Below are positions 43,922 through 53,098 of a stretch of 64,000 nucleotides of DNA, in pieces. The notes beneath the pieces are model-generated. The model had not been told where the DNA came from. It was given only the letters and a program-made list of their open reading frames with translations, and made no database searches. Source of the DNA: a virus (Duplodnaviria > Caudoviricetes). A program made the translations under genes and the position numbers. The stretch spans positions 41,522-105,521 of IMG/VR virus record IMGVR_UViG_2923682817_000001; one strand, given 5' to 3'. Within the stretch, counting starts at the first letter, position 1. The number at the start of each line of letters is the position of its first letter.

Positions 43922-45498
43922 CCACTTAGCACCACAGACAGATGTTCCGTCAAGGAGGTCACATCATCTATGATCGTGCCCGTCTCATCAGCACCAACTC
44001 CGTCTACGACGGCACTTCCGACACGTGCCCGCAGGTCGAGACGCTGATACGAGCGCTCCTCGACGGAATCCCGCGTGATCAAGTCCGAGACCATCACGAT
44101 TTTGTTACGGGATCCAGCTCTCACGTGGCGGTGGTTGATCTGCGCACGCTGTCCCGCGCTTCTGGCCGGGTCCAGATTGATTAGGTGCGTAGCCGCCGGG
44201 ATGTCGACACCGTAGGCACCAGCGTGGGACATAAGAAACAAGCGCGCTTCCGGCCGATCTTGGAACCGGTTGACCGAAGCTTGTTTCTCACTCGGGTTCA
44301 TCCCTCCGTGGTAGAACACGTGTTCGTGTTCCTCGAAGATACGCCCCAACTTCGCCAAAAGCGAGCGGAAACGCGTCACAAGAATCACCTTTTCGGACGG
44401 GTCCGAAAGAATCGCTTCAACCTCGGCGCGCAGCCGGACCAACTTGGCCGACTCCGGTAGCCCTTCCAGCACTCCGGAGGCGACCAGATTTCGGACATAA
44501 GACGACTCGCTATCGACCATCATCTCGGGGTCGGTAATGAGCTGCTGAGCAGCCAAGTGCACGGCCATCACACGACCGGCGGGGGTGTTTTCATCGGTGC
44601 CGGAGTAGTGCGCTCCGACGTCGAACCCTGTCTTGGTCGGCATCTGCGCCAGCTCGGCCGCCAAGTCCGCGGCGATCAACTTGTAGACCGCGGCCGTGGC
44701 CGGCTCCATGGTGACCGACCAGGTCCGGTGGTCGATCTTCGGCATGTACGGCGCAACGTCAGGGTCCGTGGTCCGCTTGCGGATCAGCGCCGGCGAGACT
44801 TTGGCGTGCAGGGTCGGGGTGTTGCGATACCCCTTGACCGAGCCCCAGTCGTCGCGGTCGATGTAGGCCTGGTCGAAGATCCTCGCGGCGTCGGGGTCGT
44901 CGGGGTCGCCCAGCACGCTCTGGTCGACCCACCCCATCAGCTGGAACAGCTCTTCCAACCGGTTGTCCACCGGCGTCCCGGTCAGCGCCAGCCGATAGCC
45001 GGCGTCCAGCTGACGGACGGCCTGGGTGATGTCAGCCGACGGGTTTTTGATCGCCGTGGCCTCGTCCAAGATGATCAGGCCCGGCCGCATCCGGCGGATC
45101 GTGCGCAGCTCCGCGACCACGGTCTTGTAGCCGGCGATGACGTACTGCGGGCGCAGCTCTTTGATGAGTCCGTACTGCTCGCGCCGCTTGGCCGGGCCGC
45201 CGTCGATCACCACGGCGTAGCGCTCTTCGGGGATCTGGAAGACCTCGCCCTTGGCGGTGATCTCCCGGGTGGCTACGTCGGTGCGCGCGGCCAACGCGAC
45301 CGCCCACTGAATTTTCAGCCCCGATGGCACGACGATCAGGGCTTGGTCGATCTCCCCGGAGCCCAGCAGCTCCTCGGCCGCGGCGATGCTCGTGATCGTC
45401 TTGCCCAGGCCCATGTCGTAGGCCAGCAGCAGGGAACGACGCTCCAGCAGGCGGTCGACGGCGACATCCTGATACGGATGCAAGGGGATCGTCAGCAC
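43918..45498 (-). CDS. SNF2-family helicase
   Basis: DMGLGKT, LDEA, ALTGTP.DN..E. Confidence 0.88.
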   Translation of the reverse strand: MLTIPLHPYQDVAVDRLLERRSLLLAYDMGLGKTITSIAAAEELLGSGEIDQALIVVPSGLKIQWAVALAARTDVATREITAKGEVFQIPEERYAVVIDGGPAKRREQYGLIKELRPQYVIAGYKTVVAELRTIRRMRPGLIILDEATAIKNPSADITQAVRQLDAGYRLALTGTPVDNRLEELFQLMGWVDQSVLGDPDDPDAARIFDQAYIDRDDWGSVKGYRNTPTLHAKVSPALIRKRTTDPDVAPYMPKIDHRTWSVTMEPATAAVYKLIAADLAAELAQMPTKTGFDVGAHYSGTDENTPAGRVMAVHLAAQQLITDPEMMVDSESSYVRNLVASGVLEGLPESAKLVRLRAEVEAILSDPSEKVILVTRFRSLLAKLGRIFEEHEHVFYHGGMNPSEKQASVNRFQDRPEARLFLMSHAGAYGVDIPAATHLINLDPARSAGQRAQINHRHVRAGSRNKIVMVSDLITRDSVEERSYQRLDLRARVGSAVVDGVGADETGTIIDDVTSLTEHLSVVLSG

Positions 45499-45537
45499 AC
45501 CCCTTACCAGCAGCGCATCCGAACTGCGGGTATTCCC

Positions 45538-46557
45538 TCAGCGCAGCAGGTAGGGCATCAACGAGGCCGGGACGGTCAGATCAGTCAGGCGGATCAGCTC
45601 GGCGTCCGACAGGTCGCCCGGGTCCAGGCCTTCGGGGTCGTCGCAGTCGAGCAGGTTGCGGTAGTCGACGGAGGAGATCCCGATTCGGTGGCGCCAAGCG
45701 GCGGCGGCCTTGTCGCGGTACTGGCGGCCGGGGCCGTCGTTGTCCAGGAACAGCACCACGTGCTGGGTGCGCTCCAGCATCAGCTGCATCTGTGCGTCCG
45801 AGATCGACGCGCCGTAGCTGGCCACCACGTTCTCAATGCCGGCCGATGCCAACCGTACGGCGTCCAGGGGCGACTCCACCACGATGATGCGCGAGCACCC
45901 GTAGGTGATGGTGTGCAGGCCGAACAGGGTGTGTGACTTCTTCAGACCCTTAGGCCGGTTACGGAAGTAGCGGGCGTTCTTCTCCTGCCAGCCAAGCAGA
46001 ACGTCGTTTTCGTCGCGGACCGGGGTAATCCACAGCTCCTCGGTCGGCTCCCACAGCACGCCGTAGCTGGCGCACGCCTTGGCGGTCAGGTTGCGGTCGT
46101 CCAGGGCCTCGCGCGGCGGTGGGATGTACAGCGCCAGCGACGCCTCGTTGATCTGCTGGGTGGTGTCGATGGTCGCCGGCGTCTTCTTCGCCATGAGCCG
46201 CTCGACCTGGCGGATTGTGCCCCGGGCGCGGATCCAGGACACGGCCTCGGCTCTGTCGACCTTGAGCACGTAGGCCACCAGGTCACCGAAGGTGCCCTTG
46301 AATCCGCAGCTGAAGCAGGCGAACAGCCCTGATCCGATGTTCACCGAAAACGACGGGTGGCGGTCCTCGCGGCCGAGAAACTCCATGTGCGCCGGGCACC
46401 GGCACGTCGCCTCTCCCGAATCGTCCACGCGCAGCACGTCCAGGCCAAGCTCCTCCATACAGGCCACAGGGTCGCCGGGCACGACGTTCGTGACGTGGCC
46501 CCAGCCGGATCTGATCGCCGGCCCGGCTGGGCGGCGGCGCGGTCGCCTACCAGCCAT
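45538..46557 (-). CDS. DNA primase (Zn finger + TOPRIM)
   Basis: CPAH..PSFSVN..F.CFSCG; VVESPLD; FLDND. Confidence 0.85.
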   Translation of the reverse strand: MAGRRPRRRPAGPAIRSGWGHVTNVVPGDPVACMEELGLDVLRVDDSGEATCRCPAHMEFLGREDRHPSFSVNIGSGLFACFSCGFKGTFGDLVAYVLKVDRAEAVSWIRARGTIRQVERLMAKKTPATIDTTQQINEASLALYIPPPREALDDRNLTAKACASYGVLWEPTEELWITPVRDENDVLLGWQEKNARYFRNRPKGLKKSHTLFGLHTITYGCSRIIVVESPLDAVRLASAGIENVVASYGASISDAQMQLMLERTQHVVLFLDNDGPGRQYRDKAAAAWRHRIGISSVDYRNLLDCDDPEGLDPGDLSDAELIRLTDLTVPASLMPYLLR

Positions 46558-47800
46558 CGCTGCCGCCCTCGTATCCGTCGCCGCCAAACGGGTTGTACTC
46601 CAGCTCCTCAAACTTCACCGGCTCCCACGTCCACGTGTAATAGGCCTCCATCGGGGAGGCGTTACGGCCGGCAAGGAGCTTCATCAAGGTGATGTTCGGG
46701 TCGTCGGTCTGCTGCACGCCGATGACCGCGTCCGAGTCCTGAACGAAGCTGGAGCTGTAGCCGATGGAGTAGGTCGTCAGCTTCTTGCCGTTCATCTTGC
46801 TTTCCAGGGCCTGGGTCGCGATGACGATGGGCTTTTCGAGCTGCTGGGCCAGGCGTTTCATGCCGCGGGTGATGTTGGTCAGCGCCTGCGATGATCCGCT
46901 GGGCTCTCCTTCCTCGTCCTGCATCATGTAGACGCCGTCCACGTAGACGATGTCCGGGTCCAATTTTTCGATCTTGGTTCGCAGGCCGGTCAGGGTGGTG
47001 ACCGAGCTCGTGTCCTGGGACATGTGGAAGCTCGGCAGGTTCTGACTTGCTCGGACGGAACGTTCCAACAGCTTCCACTCGGCCGGCTTGAGTGTGCCGT
47101 TGCGCAGCCGCTTGTGGGAGATGCCGGCGCGGATGGCGTCCAGGCGCTCCCACTGCTCACGGTTGCTCATCTCGAACCCGACGAACAAGGGCTCCTTGCC
47201 CGAGTCGTTGGCGGCCTTGGCCATCAGCAGCATGGACGTCGACTTGCCGGTTTTCGGCGGGCCGACGAACGTGATCAGCTGTCCCGGCTCGAACCCCTGT
47301 AGCGCAAGATCGATCGCCGGGAACCCGCTGGGGATGCCACGCAGCCGGCCGTCCAGTGCATCCAGCTCCCGGTAGTGGGTCAGGCGCTCGTCACCATTGG
47401 TCGACAGGTCGATGTCGTAGGCGGTCGGCGTGGTCCGGGCGATCTCGGCCAGCACGGCCGCCAGCCGGGCAGTGGTCGCCGCGGTGTCGCGCCGGATATG
47501 GGACTGGGCCGCATCCGTGATCGCGGCCTCCAGCATGACCAGCTGGCGGTGCTCGCGCATCTGGTCGACCAGGTACGGCAGCCCCTCGGGCGTCGCCAAA
47601 AGCTTGTAAGTCGGATAGTCCCGCTTGACCGCGGCGAGGGTGGGCACGTTGCCGTAGCGGCCCTTGTGGTCCACGATCATCGACCAGACCCTCGCCGAGG
47701 ACGGGTCGGCGAACCACCCGGGGGTGATCCCGGCTTCTGCGGCCGGCGCGAGGTCTGCTGACTCGATGACCTTGGAGATCAGCAGGCGCTCGGTGTCCAT
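46547..47800 (-). CDS. dnaB: DnaB-like replicative helicase
   Basis: GPPKTGKS, FEMS, VYVDG, K.LA....PI...Q, QDSD. Confidence 0.9.
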   Translation of the reverse strand: MDTERLLISKVIESADLAPAAEAGITPGWFADPSSARVWSMIVDHKGRYGNVPTLAAVKRDYPTYKLLATPEGLPYLVDQMREHRQLVMLEAAITDAAQSHIRRDTAATTARLAAVLAEIARTTPTAYDIDLSTNGDERLTHYRELDALDGRLRGIPSGFPAIDLALQGFEPGQLITFVGPPKTGKSTSMLLMAKAANDSGKEPLFVGFEMSNREQWERLDAIRAGISHKRLRNGTLKPAEWKLLERSVRASQNLPSFHMSQDTSSVTTLTGLRTKIEKLDPDIVYVDGVYMMQDEEGEPSGSSQALTNITRGMKRLAQQLEKPIVIATQALESKMNGKKLTTYSIGYSSSFVQDSDAVIGVQQTDDPNITLMKLLAGRNASPMEAYYTWTWEPVKFEELEYNPFGGDGYEGGSDGW

Positions 47801-48243
47801 CAGTAGCGTCCTATCTGGGTGATCGTCTCGGGGGTGATCACGCGGCCCCTGCTGCCGTACATCAGCGCGTGCTTGGGGTCGGGGGTGTATACGGCCGTGA
47901 CGTACGGCATGGAGATCAGCCGGCGGGCCAGGTAGCGGGGGTCGTAGGTCCAGACCCGGCGCACGGGCACCTGTTCGTTGTCCAGCCGATCGCCGAGCGC
48001 GCGGGCGAACTCCCGCGGCCCGGTGGTGACCACGTCGATCTCCTGATGCAGCCGCCACGTCAAGTCGATGATCACCTTGATCACCAGGTCATCGAGGTCC
48101 CATAGGTCCGCAGCCTGTTCCCAACGGCGGAGCCTGCGGGCCACCAGATACATGCGCCGTGAGGTCAACTTGGCGCCCAACAGCCCCTCAAACTCGATCA
48201 GCAGGCGCGGGGAAACCTCGTTGGAGATGTCGCCGTTTTTCAT
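47800..48243 (-). CDS. Hypothetical protein, possibly degenerate HAD-like
   Basis: MKNGDISN..LLIEFEGLL; coupled to dnaB. Confidence 0.65.
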   Translation of the reverse strand: MKNGDISNEVSPRLLIEFEGLLGAKLTSRRMYLVARRLRRWEQAADLWDLDDLVIKVIIDLTWRLHQEIDVVTTGPREFARALGDRLDNEQVPVRRVWTYDPRYLARRLISMPYVTAVYTPDPKHALMYGSRGRVITPETITQIGRY

Positions 48244-48734
48244 CGGATCCACGTCCTGCCAAGCTTGATCTCGCCGATGGTCAGGCGGTGGACGCCGTAG
48301 CGCGCGGCCAGTGCGGTGTTGGTCTCCGAGCTGGCGCGGATGGCTTCGACCTCGGGCCAGCCGAGCTTGGCTCCGCCGCGGTTTTTCGCGAAGCGGCCTC
48401 GGGCGACGCACTCGCGGATGTTGTCGGACTGGGTGCCGATGCTCAGGTGCAGCGGGTTGACGCAGTTGCGGACGTCGCAGGCGTGGCGAACGACCAGCCC
48501 CGCGGGGATCGGGCCGTGGAAAGCCCGGTAACTCCAGCGGTGGGTAAGGTCGCGCTCGTGGTCCACCATCATCTGGCCGTAGCCGTTGCGGGTCATGCCG
48601 ACCTGGACCAGCCAGCAGCCACGGACGTGGTCGACGCGCATGTAGTCGAGCAGCTTGCGGCGGGCCTTGGCCAGCTTCCCGGTCTCCTCCACCAGCTCGG
48701 TGGCGACCATGGCGGCGGTCACCGGGTCACCCAC
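48240..48734 (-). CDS. HNH endonuclease with C-terminal HTH
   Basis: CW..GYG..HR.SY...HG.IP....VRH.CD...CVNP.HL..GT..DN. Confidence 0.85.
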   Translation of the reverse strand: MGDPVTAAMVATELVEETGKLAKARRKLLDYMRVDHVRGCWLVQVGMTRNGYGQMMVDHERDLTHRWSYRAFHGPIPAGLVVRHACDVRNCVNPLHLSIGTQSDNIRECVARGRFAKNRGGAKLGWPEVEAIRASSETNTALAARYGVHRLTIGEIKLGRTWIR

Positions 48735-49186
48735 GACTTGAAGGAACGGACGTCGCGGATGGTGACGCGGTGCACGCCGTACTCCTCGGCCAGCGCGGTG
48801 TCAGTGTTCGTGCTGGCGCGGATCAGCGCGACGGACTCCCAGGTGAGCTTGGCCCGGGGCCGGTTGGTGCGGCGCCGGTCGAACGCTACGCGCGTGCGGG
48901 GCTCGGCCTTGCGGGCGTACAGGTGCTCCGGCGCCACGCAGTTGTCGGTTCGGCAGGTGCGGAAAACGCGGTGGCCGGCGGGGATCGGGCCGAAGTAGAT
49001 CCGGTAAGACCATCGGTGGGCCAGGTCGTAGTCGCGATTGACCATCAGCCGGCCGTAGGCGCGGCTGGCCCCGGTCGGCTTGACCAACCAGCAGCCGGTC
49101 GGGGTGCGCCTGTTGACCAGGTGCATTAGCCGGTTACGTGCCTTGCTGAGCAGGGGGTCGGTGGGGTCGAATTCGACGATGTCCAT
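48719..49186 (-). CDS. Degenerate HNH endonuclease paralog with C-terminal HTH
   Basis: Same scaffold but VFRTC..CVAP.HL and no final Asn. Confidence 0.75.
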   Translation of the reverse strand: MDIVEFDPTDPLLSKARNRLMHLVNRRTPTGCWLVKPTGASRAYGRLMVNRDYDLAHRWSYRIYFGPIPAGHRVFRTCRTDNCVAPEHLYARKAEPRTRVAFDRRRTNRPRAKLTWESVALIRASTNTDTALAEEYGVHRVTIRDVRSFKSWVTR

Positions 49187-49252
49187 CAGCAGAACTCCTT
49201 GGCGGGGGTGGTGAGGGGGTATGCGCGGGCGGTGACGGTGGTGTGGATGTGG

Positions 49253-49936
49253 TCAGCAGCCACGGCGCAGGTCCTTGCCGCCCAGGACGACCTCGTCAAA
49301 CGCCTCGGAGGCGAACGAGGCCATTGACGGGTTGTAGAGCTTGGACCACCGTTCGAGCGGTTCGTTGGACGTGACGACGTTCAGCAGGCCGTTGCGGAAG
49401 CGCTGGCGCAGAAGTCGGTCCACCTCGTCGACCGCCATGTTGGAGGCGGTTCTGTGCTCCTTGCCGACGTCGTCGAAGACGACCAGCGGGCTCTTGTAGA
49501 CCCGCTGCTTGAGCTCGTGGATCTTCCAGTAGCGCTCGACGGCTTCCGGCACTCCGCGGTCGGCCTGCGGCTTGATGGAGTGCTGCTCGGCCAACACCGC
49601 GATGTAGTCGGCCATGGCGACGAAGAAGATGGCCGGGTTGTGCTGAATGTGGATTTCACTGGCCGTGGCGCAGGCCAAGGTGGTCTTGCCGCCGCCCCAC
49701 GGGCCGATCAGGGCCAGTCCGCGGCCAATGAGGGGGCCGGCGGGCTCGTCCATGGGTTCGACCGCGAGGCGCTCGGGGACGGTGGCCACGAAGTTGACCG
49801 CGGCGGTGTAGGCCTTGGCCGCGAGGTCGTTGTAGGGCTGCCAGTCAGCCAGGCGCAGGTGGCGGTACTTCATCGGGATGCCGGCCACCGCCAGACGACG
49901 CCGGTAGAGCTCGGTGATGTACGGGGGGTGTGTCAC
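49253..49936 (-). CDS. DnaC/IstB-like AAA+ helicase loader
   Basis: GPWGGGKT, VFDDVGKE, R.R....VVTSN, G.D.R. Confidence 0.85.
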   Translation of the reverse strand: MTHPPYITELYRRRLAVAGIPMKYRHLRLADWQPYNDLAAKAYTAAVNFVATVPERLAVEPMDEPAGPLIGRGLALIGPWGGGKTTLACATASEIHIQHNPAIFFVAMADYIAVLAEQHSIKPQADRGVPEAVERYWKIHELKQRVYKSPLVVFDDVGKEHRTASNMAVDEVDRLLRQRFRNGLLNVVTSNEPLERWSKLYNPSMASFASEAFDEVVLGGKDLRRGC

Positions 49937-51000
49937 TGGGAACTCCAGTCGTCCGGATTGAAGTCGTAAGTGCCGTCTGAGGCGCTGTGAGGCTCCTGGG
50001 AGGTCCAGGCGGCCGGATTGAAGGTTTCGGGCCGGCCCGCATCTACGGCAGCGGCTCCGGCTGCGTGGGCGGCCAGCAGAGCCCGCTTGGCGAGGAAGTC
50101 GACCCAAGGGATTGCCCGGGGGTTGCGGAAGCCGGCCACGGAGACGTAGGCGTCGACCATCCGGCGGATTTCGTCGGGGCTGATCCCTTGGTTCTTCCAC
50201 CGGTTGAGGGTGGCCGCGAGCTTGGTCCGGTTGGCCACGTCGGTGAACAGCAGGCGGCTAACGCCTCCCCCGCCGCTCTCGGCGCGGCCGAGGTCGACAA
50301 CGGCCTTGGCGAAGTACGTCGCCAGGCCCATACCGGTGTCGGGGCCAGGCTCACGGAGCTGGCGCGCAGGCTTGTCTCGGCGTGCGCCTTCGGGGAGCTC
50401 GTCGTCGGTGAAGAGGAACCGGGCAGGGTCGAGCTCGGCGTCGGCCGCGTCGGCCTTGCGTGCGGCTTCGGCCTTGGTCGTCTTCCCGTTCCGCCGAGCC
50501 GAAGGCGCGGCGCTATAGGAGTACGAAGTACTCCTATAGGTAGTTATCTTTCTATTGGGTCCAGATTCTGGACTAGTTCGGATTTCACCGGCCTCTGGAT
50601 CCGAACTCTGTGCAGCCTCCTCCCCAACAGGTCCAGATTCTGGACTAGTTGGGATTTCCCCGCCGCCGACGGGGGTCCGGTACTCCGGCGCCGGGCAATT
50701 CTCGTCCCAGAACTCCACCGGCGTGATCCGACGGACGACCGACATATAACCGTCGGCCGCGGCCGGCCACTCGGTCTGGGCCACTTCCTGAATGACTCCC
50801 CTGTCGGCCAGCTTGGCCAGGGCTCCGTAGACCGCGGACCGGGAGGCCCGAACCTGCTTGGCCAGGGCGTCCACGCCGAGCCAGGTCATCCGGTGGTCGT
50901 AGCCGGCGGAGTTGGCCAGCCGCAGCAGGACTAGCAGTTCAACGCCTTTGATTTCCCGCGGCGCTTTATGCCAGACCTCGGATTCGATTTCATTTGCCAA
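49933..51000 (-). CDS. Replication initiator (lambda O/DnaD-like, N-terminal wHTH)
   Basis: LVLL.LAN.A....W.GV..LA..V.ASR..V..AL..L...G.I; directly upstream of the loader; internal iterons. Confidence 0.7.
   Translation of the reverse strand: MANEIESEVWHKAPREIKGVELLVLLRLANSAGYDHRMTWLGVDALAKQVRASRSAVYGALAKLADRGVIQEVAQTEWPAAADGYMSVVRRITPVEFWDENCPAPEYRTPVGGGEIPTSPESGPVGEEAAQSSDPEAGEIRTSPESGPNRKITTYRSTSYSYSAAPSARRNGKTTKAEAARKADAADAELDPARFLFTDDELPEGARRDKPARQLREPGPDTGMGLATYFAKAVVDLGRAESGGGGVSRLLFTDVANRTKLAATLNRWKNQGISPDEIRRMVDAYVSVAGFRNPRAIPWVDFLAKRALLAAHAAGAAAVDAGRPETFNPAAWTSQEPHSASDGTYDFNPDDWSSQ
50515..50660. repeat. Putative replication origin: 29-bp direct repeats plus AT-rich tract inside rep
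   Basis: ggtccagattctggactagtt(c/g)ggattt at 50558 and 50630; AT-rich 50515-50557. Confidence 0.7.
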
Positions 51001-51143
51001 CTGCGGGTCCTTCTACTTGCTACGGAATTCGCGTTATTCAAGGGGTTCCGGTATGTTCTTCATCACCGGCGCTGCTACGGGCGCCGAACCCCTCGCGGTG
51101 GGTTTCCCGGTTCCCGCCCACTCGCGAGCGCGTGGTGGTGATG

Positions 51144-51183
51144 AAAGGCCCTGGCCGTGCCCCTTCCCTCGGCCAGGGCCTTT
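51144..51183. terminator. Intrinsic terminator
   Basis: aaaggccctggccg..cggccagggccttt. Confidence 0.8.
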
Positions 51184-51188
51184 CTCTG

Positions 51189-52247
51189 TTACTCCATCTC
51201 GGCGAATTCCTTCTTGATCCGCTCGAATTCCGAACGCGGGATCGTGTCCTTCGCCTCGCCCTTGCGCGGACGGCCGCGGCCACTGATCAGGCGGATGGAC
51301 CCCTTGGCCTCGTCGATGTAGACATCGACCATGTCCGCGTCGATGTCGCGGGCCTTGCCGCGCCGCCTGGCCGCGGGAGCGGGCTCCTCCTGGGCGGGCT
51401 CAGGGTCGGGCGTCGGAGCCTCGCCCAGCGCGTTGACCAGCTTCTGCATGTGGTAGCGGACGGCCTTGGTGAGGGGCCTGTAGACAACGCCGGTCAGGTG
51501 GTTGGCGGCGTTGGCGCGGTCCTGGTAGGTGAGGAGCTCGAAGACGAACGCGAGCGTGACCTGAAGGTCGGGAATGTTCTGCTCGTCGTCGGCCGGCTGC
51601 GGGTCGACGTAGCCGGGCAGTTCGGCCTGAGCCTCGTCGCCGGCACCGAGCTCGATCTCCGGCTCGGTGAGCTCGATCTGCTCGGCGTCCTTCTTCTTCT
51701 TCTTCTTGGCCGGCGGCTCGTCCTCCTCCTCGTCGTCCTCCTCCTCGTCGTCGTCGTCGAAGCCGAGGTCGTCCAGGCCCATGGTGAGGTCCTTGGCCTT
51801 CACCCCAGCGGCGGCGGCCAGGTCCAGCAAACGCTGGGTGTGCTCGTCGGGGGCGTCGTCACTGTCGCCCCAGGCCAGCAGCAGGTACGCCTCGTGGCCG
51901 TCCGCGACGGCATCGGCCAGGATCTTGACCAGGTGCTCGGCAACGTCCTGGCCGTCCTCGCCGATCTCGTCGTCAGCGTCGGACAGGATCGGCTTTCCCT
52001 TGCGGCCGGGGTTGCCGCCGGTGACGGCGATGTAGCCCACGTCCTCGAACTCCTCCAGCCACTTGGCGGTCTCCAGGACGGCCGTGGTGGTCAGCGCGCG
52101 GTCGGCCGGGAGGTAGACGGCGAACTCGCGGGCCTCGTCGGTGTCGACCAGCAGGAAATCGGACAGGAGATCGTCGATGTGGCTGCCGGTAATGGGAGCA
52201 GCGCCGGCCACAGCCAGAATGACCATCGGTTCCTCATCAGATGCCAC
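51189..52247 (-). CDS. Very acidic protein with D/E and K tracts and a C-terminal AT-hook
   Basis: DDDDEEEDDEEEDE, KKKKKK, GRGRPRK; AAAGGA RBS before GTG 52247. Confidence 0.7.
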   Translation of the reverse strand: MASDEEPMVILAVAGAAPITGSHIDDLLSDFLLVDTDEAREFAVYLPADRALTTTAVLETAKWLEEFEDVGYIAVTGGNPGRKGKPILSDADDEIGEDGQDVAEHLVKILADAVADGHEAYLLLAWGDSDDAPDEHTQRLLDLAAAAGVKAKDLTMGLDDLGFDDDDEEEDDEEEDEPPAKKKKKKDAEQIELTEPEIELGAGDEAQAELPGYVDPQPADDEQNIPDLQVTLAFVFELLTYQDRANAANHLTGVVYRPLTKAVRYHMQKLVNALGEAPTPDPEPAQEEPAPAARRRGKARDIDADMVDVYIDEAKGSIRLISGRGRPRKGEAKDTIPRSEFERIKKEFAEME

Positions 52248-52372
52248 GTAAAGGTCCTTTTCGCGGGGTCGTTTTCGGGGTGACCAAAGCATCCGATGCA
52301 TCCCAACTAGGGGCGCAACTCATATCCCAACTGCGAACGAGAAATAATCTGGGAAAATGTGAACTTGGGAGG

Positions 52373-52675
52373 CTACGGGAGGTCGGGGATCCGCGACGGC
52401 TTGGCCGGTCGGGACGCGCGCAGACGCTCCAGCAGCGACGGCGAAGGCGCCGTCTGGATCCGCTCGGGGACAGCGAGCCGGGCGAACAGCAGCCGGACGG
52501 CCGCGACCACGGCCGCGGCGTTCAGCGCGAGCAGGGCGACCGGCGGGGCGAAGGTGAGCCCGTAGCAGACGGCGATGACGAGCAGCGGCTGGAGCGCAGC
52601 GACCACGGCCGTGACCGCGCGAATGGCTTCGTACACCATCCACGCGGCCACGCCGACCTGCAGAATCTGAATCAC
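52373..52675 (-). CDS. Membrane protein
   Basis: Hydrophobic segments; GTGA coupling. Confidence 0.65.
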   Translation of the reverse strand: MIQILQVGVAAWMVYEAIRAVTAVVAALQPLLVIAVCYGLTFAPPVALLALNAAAVVAAVRLLFARLAVPERIQTAPSPSLLERLRASRPAKPSRIPDLP

Positions 52676-52998
52676 GCGGCCAGGTCCACGCGGTCCTTGA
52701 CCAGCGCGCCCTGAGCGGCGGCGGTCAGGCCCGAGGGCTTCCACACCCGGTCGTGGGCGGCCTGCGCGGCCAGGAAAGCACCCACGGCGACCAGGAGAGC
52801 GGTCCGCCAGTCGAAGCTCTGCCCGGCGCCGGCAGCCTGCTCCCAGGCGACCAGGAAGCCATCCAGGGCGGACAGGGCGGTCAGCAGCAGGCCCTTGGTG
52901 GTGCCGCTCCAGGACGCCTTGGTGACCAGGCCGACGACCAGGGAAAGGGCCGGGCCGACGACTAAGCCGAGAATGAGAACGAGATCAAAACCAGCCAC
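52672..52998 (-). CDS. Holin-like membrane protein
   Basis: Three hydrophobic segments; VGLVTK.SW, H..VWKP.G. Confidence 0.6.
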   Translation of the reverse strand: MAGFDLVLILGLVVGPALSLVVGLVTKASWSGTTKGLLLTALSALDGFLVAWEQAAGAGQSFDWRTALLVAVGAFLAAQAAHDRVWKPSGLTAAAQGALVKDRVDLAA

Positions 52999-53098
52999 TG
53001 CAATAACTCCTCGCGAGAGAGTTGGTATTTCCCCCAGAGAATTCCGGGGGTACCAATAGACGCTAGGAGATAATGCGATCCGATTTGTAATTGAGCAT

